DNA of 64,000 nucleotides from contig JAOPXI010000036.1 of NCBI GenBank assembly GCA_025965215.1, positions 2,915 through 66,914 of the forward strand, written 5' to 3'. Source of the DNA: Marmoricola sp. (lineage in GTDB: Bacteria; Actinomycetota; Actinomycetes; Propionibacteriales; Nocardioidaceae). The notes under the pieces are model-generated. The model saw only the letters and a list, made by a program, of their open reading frames with translations. It was not told the origin of the DNA and ran no database searches. The translations under genes and the position numbers were made by a program. Of this stretch, positions 1 to 8,343 are shown in pieces (the first letter of the stretch is position 1; each line of letters opens with the position of its first letter).

Positions 1-2
1 CT

Positions 3-764
3 ACGGCCTACAACGACGCCGCCGGTCGGCCCATGAAGACCGACGTCACCGGCAAGGATCTCGCCGGCATGACGTTGACCCCGGGTGTCTACGAGGCGAG
101 CAAGGCGATGGCTCTCACCGGAGCCCTCACCCTCAACGCCCAAGGCAACCCCGCCTCGGTGTTCATCTTCAAGGCCGGCTCGACGCTCATCACCGGTCCG
201 AACAGCACCGTGAGGTTCATCAACGGTGGCTCCAGCTGCAACGTCTTCTGGCAGGTAGGCAGCTCGGCGACCCTGAACACGGCCACCCAGTTCATCGGAA
301 CGATCATGGCGCACACGTCGGCCACGCTCGGGACCACTGCTCGCCTCCAGGGACGCGTCATGGCCATGACCGGAGCGGTCACCCTGCACTCGAACGTGAT
401 CACCGCGCCCCAGTGCGACTCGCCGACGACACCCGACACCGCCACACCGACGATCGGGGCCACTGCCACGTCGCCGGCAACGGGCAGCACCGGTACGGTC
501 TCGACGGGCGGTTCTCCGGGCGCGACCGCGAACCCCAGCACGCCGACTGGCACGGGGACGCCCACCCGCCCCACGACCGGGCCTACGCAGCCCGCCACGA
601 CCCCGACCATCCCGCGGATTCCGAAGGGACATCCGCACACCGGGATGGGTGGGGCTCAGACCTCCTCGGGCACCGGGTGGTTCGTCCTCACAGGATTGGC
701 TGCGCTCGGAGCACTGATCGCCGCCGGCCTCGGGCTCGGCCGTTCGGACAAGCGGCGGGTGTAG
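3..764 (+). CDS. DUF3494 / ice-binding-like secreted surface protein, 5'-partial (gene starts left of the window), with a Thr/Pro-rich stalk and C-terminal cell-wall sorting signal
   Basis: The frame is open from nt 3 (TAYNDAAGRP precedes the tracked ATG at 33). DUF3494-type motifs are present: LTPGVY, ALTLNA, FIFKAGSTL, CNVFWQVGSSATL, GTIMA. A T/P/G-rich linker follows. The tail is HPHTG (630-644), a hydrophobic helix and RSDKRRV. A sortase gene lies 5 nt downstream. Confidence 0.7.
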   Translation, partial: TAYNDAAGRPMKTDVTGKDLAGMTLTPGVYEASKAMALTGALTLNAQGNPASVFIFKAGSTLITGPNSTVRFINGGSSCNVFWQVGSSATLNTATQFIGTIMAHTSATLGTTARLQGRVMAMTGAVTLHSNVITAPQCDSPTTPDTATPTIGATATSPATGSTGTVSTGGSPGATANPSTPTGTGTPTRPTTGPTQPATTPTIPRIPKGHPHTGMGGAQTSSGTGWFVLTGLAALGALIAAGLGLGRSDKRRV

Positions 765-768
765 CCCG

Positions 769-1410
769 ATGAGACATCACGCGCCCGCGTCCCGGCGAAA
801 CGGCCTCTGGCAGTCGTGCGCGGTCATGCTCACGGTTGTCGCGTTCACCTTCGGGGCCACCAACTGCGGCGGGCAGCACGCCGAGTCCGTCCAGCACACC
901 CAGGCTGCGCCGGTGACGGTCGCACCCGATGTGACCGACGACCTGCGGCCCGTCCTGCTCACCATTCCCCGCATCGACGTACGAACCGCCGTCGTGTCCC
1001 TGGGGCTCAACCCGGACCAGACGGTCGAGGTTCCCAGCGACCCGGCAACGGCCGGCTGGTACCGCTACGGCAGCGTTCCCGGGCGGCCGGGGTCTACGGT
1101 GATCCTCGGCCACGTCGACTCCGACGCAGGGCCGGCGGTGTTCTACCGCCTGAGCCGGTTGGCGCTCGACGACCACATCGACGTGCAGCTCGCGGACGGC
1201 TCCCACGCGCAGTTCAAGGTCGACAACATCGCCACCTACCCGAACGCCAAGTTCCCGGCTGCACGGGTCTACCGAGTCGACGGGCCGTCGCACCTGACAC
1301 TCGTGACCTGCGGGGGCAGGTATGACGCAGCCCGGGGTGGGTACCAGTCAAACGTGGTGGTCTCGGCGCAGTTGATCAAGCCAGCCGGCGTCGGCGCGCC
1401 AACTGGATGA
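769..1410 (+). CDS. Class F sortase (cell-wall transpeptidase)
   Basis: It has an N-terminal membrane anchor, the His motif VILGHVDS and the catalytic-Cys motif TLVTCGG. It directly follows a protein carrying a sorting signal. Confidence 0.8.
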   Translation: MRHHAPASRRNGLWQSCAVMLTVVAFTFGATNCGGQHAESVQHTQAAPVTVAPDVTDDLRPVLLTIPRIDVRTAVVSLGLNPDQTVEVPSDPATAGWYRYGSVPGRPGSTVILGHVDSDAGPAVFYRLSRLALDDHIDVQLADGSHAQFKVDNIATYPNAKFPAARVYRVDGPSHLTLVTCGGRYDAARGGYQSNVVVSAQLIKPAGVGAPTG

Positions 1411-1507
1411 CCTGCCCGACCGGCGCCCTCCGGGCACCGCACCAGCCTGTCTGATCTGAGGTTTCGGGACGGTGGTTGAGCAAGGCGCTCTGCGCCTGCC
1501 TCGAAAC

Positions 1508-2488
1508 CTAGGCCTTCATCGCCAGCGTCAGCGCGAAGTCCCCGGCGTCGTCGGTCCACACCCGGGTGACCCCGAGCCCGGCCGCCTCCAGCTCGGCAGC
1601 GACCTTGCTGACCCGGAACTTGGTCGAGATCTCGACACGGATCTCTTCGCCGCTGGCGAGGTCCAGCACCACATCGGCACCCGGGATCGTGACGCGCTGC
1701 GGCATCTCGGAACGCAACCGCAGGTCCATGCGCTCCATGTGGGCATCCCAGAAGGGGATGTAGGAGAAGCCGTCGAGGTCGAAGTCGGCGCCCAGCTCGC
1801 GGTTCAGGACCCGCAGCGAGTTCAGGACGAACTCTGCTGTCACTCCGCGGTCGTCGTTGTACGCCGCGATCAGCCGGTCAGCGCTCTTGACGAGGTCGGT
1901 GCCCAGCAGGAGCGAGTCACCGGGCTCGAGGACGTCGGCCAGGGCACCGAGGAACGCGGCACGCTCTTCGTGGTACAGGTTGCCGATCGTGCCGCCGAGG
2001 AACGCCACCATCCTGCGGCCGTGCCGTGGGAGATGCGCGAGGTGCAGGGTGAAGTCGCCGACCACGGCCTCGACCTGGACACCCGGATAGCGTTGGGAGA
2101 TCTGGGCCGCAGCAGTGCGCAGGGTCGACTCCGAGACGTCGACCGGCGCGAAGCACTCGAGGGTGCCGGTCGCCGCGAACGCGTCGAGCAGGATCCGGGT
2201 CTTCTCACTGGTCCCGCTGCCCAACTCGACCAGGGTCGTCGCACCGCTGGCCGCGACGATCTCCTCGGCGTGATCGGTCAGGATCGCGTGCTCGCGGGCG
2301 AACGGGTAGTACTCGGGAAGCCGGGTGATCTCGTCGAAGAGCTCGGAGCCCTGGTCGTCGTACAGCCACTTGGGCGGAAGCGCCCGGGGATGAGAGGCGA
2401 AGCCCCGGCGTACGTCTTCGACCAGCGAGCCGCTGGCCCAGTCCGGGTCCAGCAGGACCGAGACGACCGGTTGCTTGACGGGGGGCAT
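1508..2488 (-). CDS. egtD: L-histidine N-alpha-methyltransferase EgtD (ergothioneine biosynthesis)
   Basis: Motifs LPPKWLYDDQGSELFDEITRLPEYYPFAREHAIL and VELGSGTSEKTRILL match EgtD. I chose the start at the internal Met (MPPVKQ...), whose ATG shares one base with the egtB stop (TGATG). The tracked ORF extends to 2620 inside egtB. Confidence 0.85.
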   Translation of the reverse strand: MPPVKQPVVSVLLDPDWASGSLVEDVRRGFASHPRALPPKWLYDDQGSELFDEITRLPEYYPFAREHAILTDHAEEIVAASGATTLVELGSGTSEKTRILLDAFAATGTLECFAPVDVSESTLRTAAAQISQRYPGVQVEAVVGDFTLHLAHLPRHGRRMVAFLGGTIGNLYHEERAAFLGALADVLEPGDSLLLGTDLVKSADRLIAAYNDDRGVTAEFVLNSLRVLNRELGADFDLDGFSYIPFWDAHMERMDLRLRSEMPQRVTIPGADVVLDLASGEEIRVEISTKFRVSKVAAELEAAGLGVTRVWTDDAGDFALTLAMKA

Positions 2489-3783
2489 CAGACGGCTCCT
2501 GCCGTAGAGGTGGGCACGCCGCCGTCGGCGAGCCTGACCCCGGACAACGCCCAGCGCGATCCGGGTGGGAAGAAGTTGCGGTAGGTAGCGCGGGCGTGAC
2601 CAGGCGGCGTCAGCGCACACCCGCCGCGCAGCACCATCTGGTTGGACATGAACTTGCCGTTGTACTCACCGATCGCGCCCTCGGCGGGATGGAAGCCCGG
2701 GTACGGGAGGTACGCCGACGACGTCCACTCCCAGCAGTCGCCGTACACCTGCCGAAGCCGACCGTTCGCGGCCGGCGCTGGCTGCGGGTGGAACGTCCGC
2801 GAGTCCGCCAGGTTGCCCTGAACTTCCTGGCCGTCGGAGGTGACCGCGTGCTCCCACTCGGCTTCGGTGGGCAGTCGCTTGCCGGCCCAGGTCGCGTACG
2901 CATCGGCTTCGTAGTGGCTCACGTGGCTCGCCGGCAGGCCCGGGTTCACCGGCCAGGTGCCGTTCAAGGTGTGCTCGAACCAGACTCCGTCGACCTGCTC
3001 CCAGTAGAAGGGCGCCTCCCAGCCCTCGGCCTTGACCCGCGCCCAGCCGTCGGAGAGCCAGAGCTCGGGCCGGGCGTAGCCGCCATCGGCCATGAACTCC
3101 AGCCACTCGCCGTTGGTGGTCAGCCGATCGGCAAGACGGTAGGGGTTGAGCCAGGTCTGGTGCTGCGGCAGCTCGTTGTCGAACGAGAAGCCCGCGCCCG
3201 GGTGGCCGATCTCGACCAGACCGCCGGTGACCTCGACCCACCCGAGCGCATCAGGCGTGCTGGTCGCGCTCGGCGAACCGGCGTACGCCGGACGCATCGG
3301 GTTCATCGACAGCACGTGCTTGATATCCATCAGCAGCAGTTCCTGGTGCTGCTGCTCGTGGTGGAAGCCGAGCTCGATCGTCGGGGTGAGCTTCTCGATC
3401 GTGCCGCTGTCCACCGACGCCATCAGGTCGCGCATCCGGGCATCGACGTTGCCGCGGTAGACACCGACGTCGTGTGCCCCGGGACGGGTGATGACGCCGC
3501 GGTCCGCGCGGGAGAACCGCGGCCCGACAGCCTCGTAGTAGCTGTTGAAGAGGAACCAGTACGTGTCCTGGAACGGGGTGAACCCCGCCTCGTGCTCGGC
3601 AAGGACGAAGGTCTCGAAGAACCAGGTGACGTGGGCGCGATGCCACTTGGTCGGGGACACGTCAGGCATCGACTGGACCGTCTGGTCCTCGGGCGACAGG
3701 GGGCCGGCCAGGGACTCGGTGTGCGAGCGAACCTCGTCGAAGCGACGGGTCAGCGATTCGGCATCCCACTCGGTGGTCGTCAT
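2488..3783 (-). CDS. egtB: Ergothioneine biosynthesis sulfoxide synthase EgtB (DinB-like plus FGE-sulfatase domains)
   Basis: The iron-binding DinB region is HRAHVTWFFETF ... ELGFHHEQQHQELLLMDIKH. The C-terminal FGE-like region is GDCWEWTSSAYLPYPGF ... VLRGGCALT. Confidence 0.9.
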   Translation of the reverse strand: MTTTEWDAESLTRRFDEVRSHTESLAGPLSPEDQTVQSMPDVSPTKWHRAHVTWFFETFVLAEHEAGFTPFQDTYWFLFNSYYEAVGPRFSRADRGVITRPGAHDVGVYRGNVDARMRDLMASVDSGTIEKLTPTIELGFHHEQQHQELLLMDIKHVLSMNPMRPAYAGSPSATSTPDALGWVEVTGGLVEIGHPGAGFSFDNELPQHQTWLNPYRLADRLTTNGEWLEFMADGGYARPELWLSDGWARVKAEGWEAPFYWEQVDGVWFEHTLNGTWPVNPGLPASHVSHYEADAYATWAGKRLPTEAEWEHAVTSDGQEVQGNLADSRTFHPQPAPAANGRLRQVYGDCWEWTSSAYLPYPGFHPAEGAIGEYNGKFMSNQMVLRGGCALTPPGHARATYRNFFPPGSRWALSGVRLADGGVPTSTAGAV

Positions 3784-3970
3784 CGCGGATCACACCTCCC
3801 AGTCCCGGTCAGGCAGGAGCACTGTGCGCCGCCCGCTGGAGACACCACGACCTTAGGCAGGCCCACCGACACAATTCGAGGGGCCGGGCCTGGTGTCAGC
3901 GAATGTTCACATTTCATCGGCCCTTACCCGTCGGACTCGAAACCCACCCGTTCTGGGGCAGGATGGGCAG

Positions 3971-5146
3971 GTGATCGACCTCGAGGCCGAACGAGCCCTG
4001 ACGCCCGGCTGCATCGACCAGGTCTTCCTGGACAGCGCCGGATCCTCGCTCCCGACGACCCGGACCCTCGAGGTCGTCATCGGCCACCTGCGCCGCGAAG
4101 CCGAGATCGGCGGCTACCGGGCCGCCGCCGAGCGCGCCGAGGACCTCGCGGCCCTTCCCACCTCGATCGGTCGGCTGCTGGGCTGCGATCCGGATCTGGT
4201 GGCGCTCGCCGACAGCGCCACGCGAGCCTGGTCCCTGTTCGTGACCGCGTTGCCCTGGAAGCCGGGTGACCGGATCCTGATCTGCGGCAACGAGTACGCC
4301 AGCAACGCCATCACCCTGCTCCAGCGCGCGCGCTTCGACGGGTGCCGGGTGGACGTCGTCGGGACGGGACCGGACGGCGAGATCGACCTCGACGCGATGG
4401 CCGCGATGCTCGACGAGCGGGTCCGGCTTGTCTCGCTGGTCCAGGTGGCCACCAACTCTGGACACGTCTCGAAGATTCCCGAGGTCGTCGAGCTCGTCCA
4501 CTCGGTCGGCGCGCTCGTCCTCCTCGACGCCTGCCAGTCGATCGGACAGCTCGGCGTCGATGTCGGTGCCCTCGGCGTCGATGCCCTCTCGGCGACCGGA
4601 CGCAAGTGGCTGCGCGCCCCCCGCGGCACCGGGTTCCTCTACGTCCGTCGCGACGTTCTCGCCGACCTCGAGCCAGCGGCGGCCGACCTGCGCGGCGGCG
4701 AGTGGACCGGCGCCACCAGCTACACGCTGCGACCCGATGCCGCCCGCTTCGAGCTCTGGGAGCACGATGTCGCCGGGCGGCTGGGCCTGAAGGACGCGGT
4801 CGACCACCTCCTCGGCCTCGGCATCGACGACGTGGAGCGCGCCGTGCGCGATCGCGCCGACGCCCTCCGGACGGGGCTGGCGCAGGTGCCCGGGGTCGAG
4901 ATCCGCGACGTCGGGAATGACCTCAGCGGGCTGGTGACCTTCACCGTCGCCGGGGTGGAGCCCGACCAGGTCAAGGCCCGGCTGCTCGACGCGGGCGTCA
5001 CGGTCTCGGTCAGCTCGGCGAGCTCGACCCTGCTCGACATGCGCGAGCGCGGGTTGGCGTCCGTCGTACGGGCCTCTCCGCACTACTTCGTCAGCCCGGA
5101 CCAGATCGACCAGGCGATCACCGCGGTCGAGAGGATCGCTCGTTAG
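3971..5146 (+). CDS. Class V aminotransferase-fold PLP enzyme, EgtE-like candidate C-S lyase
   Basis: Motifs are FLDSAGSSLP, HLRREAEIGGYRAAAE and the PLP-Lys region LSATGRKWLRAPRGTGFLY. It is divergent from egtB. GTG 3971 is the preferred start; the tracked ORF allows ATG 3893. Confidence 0.55.
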   Translation: MIDLEAERALTPGCIDQVFLDSAGSSLPTTRTLEVVIGHLRREAEIGGYRAAAERAEDLAALPTSIGRLLGCDPDLVALADSATRAWSLFVTALPWKPGDRILICGNEYASNAITLLQRARFDGCRVDVVGTGPDGEIDLDAMAAMLDERVRLVSLVQVATNSGHVSKIPEVVELVHSVGALVLLDACQSIGQLGVDVGALGVDALSATGRKWLRAPRGTGFLYVRRDVLADLEPAAADLRGGEWTGATSYTLRPDAARFELWEHDVAGRLGLKDAVDHLLGLGIDDVERAVRDRADALRTGLAQVPGVEIRDVGNDLSGLVTFTVAGVEPDQVKARLLDAGVTVSVSSASSTLLDMRERGLASVVRASPHYFVSPDQIDQAITAVERIAR

Positions 5147-5523
5147 CGCACCAGCACGTCGAGGAGACGCTGGAGCTCCGCGGCGGGGTCGGTGGTGGTG
5201 CCGCCGTGCACCGGACCGGGCTGTACGACGGTCGACCGCGGCGCTTTGAGGAAGCCGAACCGGGTACCCAGATCGCCGCGCGCGACGTCGCCCAGCGTCT
5301 CGTCGCCGCGGCAGACGCCCTCGATGAAGGCGAGCGCTGCGATCACAGCGCTCGCGTCGAGGTCGGGCCACAGCGCGTACAGCCGGTCGGTCTGCACGTG
5401 GCACGCCGCGGCGAGGAACTCCGCCTGCTGGCAGTAGGCCAGCACCCCGACGTTGACGAACTCCTCGCGATCAACCCGCGGGACGCAGCGCAGCACGACG
5501 TACTGGTAGGCCATCCGGCTCAT
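5143..5523 (-). CDS. DUF3037 domain protein
   Basis: The N-terminus YQYVVLRCVPRVDREEFVNVGVLAY is typical of DUF3037. Its ATG overlaps the stop of the upstream kinase-like gene (ATGA). Confidence 0.75.
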   Translation of the reverse strand: MSRMAYQYVVLRCVPRVDREEFVNVGVLAYCQQAEFLAAACHVQTDRLYALWPDLDASAVIAALAFIEGVCRGDETLGDVARGDLGTRFGFLKAPRSTVVQPGPVHGGTTTDPAAELQRLLDVLVR

Positions 5524-6284
5524 GCCGCACCACGCTGCGGAAGCCAGGCGCGACTGCCGTCGAGCCGCGCGCGCAGGAAGCTCCGGTACGCCGCCCGCAG
5601 GTCGTCAGGACCGACCGGCCCGACCAGCCATTCGTCCGGCACCCGGGCGACGACCCTCTCGAGCACCTCCTCGGTGACCAGGTCGGCAAGCCCGTCGGAG
5701 ACCGGGACCAGGGCGTCCACGTAGCCGGCCATCACGTGCCCCTCGACGGCCCAGGGTTGCTGGGCGAACCGCGCCGGATCGGTGATGCCGCCGGCCCAGG
5801 CGTGGTGGAAGTAGAGCGCCGCGCCGTGGTCGATCACCCAGATGTCGCCGTGCCAGACCAGGAGGTTCGGGTTGCGCCAGGTCCGGTCCACGTTGGCGGT
5901 GAACGCATCGAGCCAGAGCACCCGGACGGCGAGCTCGTCGCTGACCTCGACCGAGGAGTCGAAGCCGAACGAGCCCGGCAGGAAGTCGACGCCGAGGTTC
6001 AGTCCCAGGCTGGCGTTCAGCAGGTCCTGAACCTCCTGGTCGGCTTCGTAGCGGGCGATCGGCTCGGTCAGCTCGATCCCGACGAGCGCCGGGGTACGCA
6101 GGCCGATCACCTCAGCCAGGCCGCTGACGATCACCTCCGCCACAAGCACCCCGAGGCCCTGGCCGGCGCCGCGGAACTTACAGACGTAGGTGCCCAGGTC
6201 GTCGGCTTCGACGATGCCCGGCAGCGAGCCGCCCTCACGCAGGGGCGTGACGAAGCGGGTTGCCCTGACCAGCGGCAGCGGCAT
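5520..6284 (-). CDS. HipA-like (HipA family) kinase-domain protein
   Basis: The core LWLDAFTANVDRTWRNPNLLVWHGDIWVIDHGAALYF resembles a HipA/PI3-4-kinase-like catalytic loop (DR..N, IDHG). I chose the internal start MPLPLVRATRF, which overlaps the PPK2 stop (TGATG). The tracked ORF runs to 6500. Confidence 0.65.
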   Translation of the reverse strand: MPLPLVRATRFVTPLREGGSLPGIVEADDLGTYVCKFRGAGQGLGVLVAEVIVSGLAEVIGLRTPALVGIELTEPIARYEADQEVQDLLNASLGLNLGVDFLPGSFGFDSSVEVSDELAVRVLWLDAFTANVDRTWRNPNLLVWHGDIWVIDHGAALYFHHAWAGGITDPARFAQQPWAVEGHVMAGYVDALVPVSDGLADLVTEEVLERVVARVPDEWLVGPVGPDDLRAAYRSFLRARLDGSRAWLPQRGAA

Positions 6285-7120
6285 CAGGCGCCCTCGTGCT
6301 CGAGGCGCGCCCGCTGCTCGTCGACGTCGTAGGACGGGGTGGGCCAGTCCAGGTCCATCCGCTGCAGCGCCTCGCGGAGCAGCTCCCCGATGGCCCAGTT
6401 GCGGTACCACTTGCGGTCGCTCGGGATCACGTACCAGGGTGCAGCCTCGGTGTTGCACCGCTCCAGCGCGATTTCGTACGCCGCCTGGTACTGGTTCCAC
6501 AGTGCGCGTGCATCGATGTCCTCAGGCATGAACTTCCACTGCTTGGACGGCTCGTCGAGCCGCGCCAGCAAGCGGGCGCGCTGCTCGTCGCGCGACATGT
6601 GCAGCATGCACTTGATGATCACGGCACCAGCGTCGGCGACCCGCTTCTCGAAGGCGTTGATCGCGTCGTACCGTCGTTCGATCTCCGCGGGGTCGGCGAG
6701 CTCGAGCACCTTGCCGACCAGCACGTCCTCGTAGTGCGAGCGGTCGAAGATCGCGATCTCGCCCGGTCCGGGAAGCTCGCGCTCGATCCGCCACAGGAAG
6801 TCGTGCGCGAGCTCCTCCGCTGTCGGCTTCTTGAAGGACTTGAGCCGGAGGCCACCGGGATCGAGCAACCCGACGGCGTGCCGGACGATGCCGCCCTTGC
6901 CCGAGGTGTCCATGCCCTGCAGCACGATCAGCAGCCGCTTGTCGGATCCGGTGTACCCGGCAGCGAACAGCTTCTCCTGCAGGTCGGCGACCTCGGGGCC
7001 CAAAGCCGGAAGCGCCTTTTCGGCATCCTTCTTGCTGCCCTTGAACCCGGGTTTGCCACCGGTGTCGATCGAGGCCAAGTCCACAGGCCCCGCGGGCAGG
7101 CGAAGCAGGTCGGAGATCAT
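6284..7120 (-). CDS. ppk2: Polyphosphate kinase 2 family protein (polyP:nucleotide phosphotransferase)
   Basis: Walker A-like motif VLQGMDTSGKGG, then FLWRIERELPGPGEIAIFDRSHYEDV and PWYVIPSDRKWYRNWA. The start is at MISDLLRLP (7120). The rest of the 519-aa tracked ORF is antisense to ligC. Confidence 0.85.
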   Translation of the reverse strand: MISDLLRLPAGPVDLASIDTGGKPGFKGSKKDAEKALPALGPEVADLQEKLFAAGYTGSDKRLLIVLQGMDTSGKGGIVRHAVGLLDPGGLRLKSFKKPTAEELAHDFLWRIERELPGPGEIAIFDRSHYEDVLVGKVLELADPAEIERRYDAINAFEKRVADAGAVIIKCMLHMSRDEQRARLLARLDEPSKQWKFMPEDIDARALWNQYQAAYEIALERCNTEAAPWYVIPSDRKWYRNWAIGELLREALQRMDLDWPTPSYDVDEQRARLEHEGA

Positions 7121-7137
7121 GTGCCGAGGATAGAGGG

Positions 7138-7152
7138 CACACCGCCGGTGTG
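7138..7152. promoter_or_regulatory. Perfect palindrome CACACCG-C-CGGTGTG in the divergent ppk2-operon / ligC intergenic region (candidate operator)
   Basis: Read directly from the sequence. The arms are 7 nt with a 1-nt centre, too tight for a hairpin loop, so a protein site is more likely. No known regulator is assigned. Confidence 0.3.
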
Positions 7153-7235
7153 AAGTCCGCCGATGTGCGAGATCCACCGCAGCACCGGAACCATGGCCCA
7201 ACCCCACCCGAGGGCCGCGCACTAGGCTCCACGCC

Positions 7236-8327
7236 ATGGACCTCCCGGTGATGCCGCCCGTGCAACCGATGCTCGCGAAGTCGGTCAAGGGCATCCCAGA
7301 CCCCGGCAAGTTCGACGGTGGCTTGTCGTTCGAGCCGAAGTGGGACGGCTTCCGTTGCGTGCTTTTCAAGGATCGCGACGAGGTCGAGCTGACCTCGCGC
7401 AACACCAAGCCGCTGACCCGGTACTTCCCCGAGGTGGTGGCTGCGGCGCTCGCACAGCTGCCGCCGCGGTGCGTGCTCGACGGCGAGCTGTTCGTCGCGT
7501 CCGCGAACCGCCTGGAGTTCGAGGTGCTGCAGGAACGGATCCACCCGGCCGCCTCACGGGTCAACCTGCTGGCCGAGCAGACGCCCGCCAGCTTCGTTGC
7601 GTTCGACCTGCTGGCCCTCGGTGACGAGGACGTCAGCGTGCTTCCGTTCGCGGAACGTCGGGCTCGTCTCGAAGGTGCGCTCCAGGGCCTGTCCGGGCCG
7701 ATGTACCTGACGCGCACGACCCTGGACCCCGTCGAAGCCCAGTCGTGGTTCGACCAGTTCGAGGGTGCCGGGCTCGACGGGGTGGTCGCCAAGCCGATGA
7801 GCGCGCCGTACCAGCAGAACGCGCGGACCATGCTGAAGATCAAGCACGCCCGGACCGCCGATGTCGTCGTGGCCGGTTACCGGCTGCACAAGAACTCGAC
7901 CGAGGAGACCCCGCTGCTGGGCTCACTGCTCCTGGGCCTGTACGACGACGGCAAGCTCCAGCACGTCGGCGTGGCAGCCTCGTTCACAGAGGCACGGCGG
8001 GCCGAGCTCGTGGTCGAGCTCGAACCCCTGGTCTGCGACATCGGTGATCATCCGTGGGGCGAGTGGCAGGAGTGGGCGATCGCGAACCCGGACCGGGTCC
8101 CCGGGACGCAGAGCCGCTGGAGTGCGGGCAAGGACCTCGGCTTCACCCCACTACGCCCCGAGCGCGTCCTCGAAGTCGGCTACGAGCACATGGAAGGACG
8201 GCGCTTTCGGCACACGGCCCAGTTCAAGGCCTGGCGTCCCGATCGCGACCCGGAGTCGTGCACCTACGAGCAGCTCGAAGAGCCGGTCTCCTACAACCTG
8301 ACTAGGGTGTTGGGTGTCGATGACTGA
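7236..8327 (+). CDS. ligC: ATP-dependent DNA ligase, LigC-type
   Basis: Adenylation motif I is EPKWDGFR. It also has LDGELV-like DGELFV, GLDGVVAKP and LKIKHARTADVVVAGY (OB domain). Confidence 0.85.
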   Translation: MDLPVMPPVQPMLAKSVKGIPDPGKFDGGLSFEPKWDGFRCVLFKDRDEVELTSRNTKPLTRYFPEVVAAALAQLPPRCVLDGELFVASANRLEFEVLQERIHPAASRVNLLAEQTPASFVAFDLLALGDEDVSVLPFAERRARLEGALQGLSGPMYLTRTTLDPVEAQSWFDQFEGAGLDGVVAKPMSAPYQQNARTMLKIKHARTADVVVAGYRLHKNSTEETPLLGSLLLGLYDDGKLQHVGVAASFTEARRAELVVELEPLVCDIGDHPWGEWQEWAIANPDRVPGTQSRWSAGKDLGFTPLRPERVLEVGYEHMEGRRFRHTAQFKAWRPDRDPESCTYEQLEEPVSYNLTRVLGVDD

Positions 8328-8343
8328 GGATCCTGGAGGCACC

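Noticed and set aside
7121-7843. A 5' extension of the PPK2 ORF (tracked as 6284-7843)
   Set aside because: The extension overlaps ligC in antisense and has no PPK2 similarity. PPK2-like sequence begins at MISDLL (7120).
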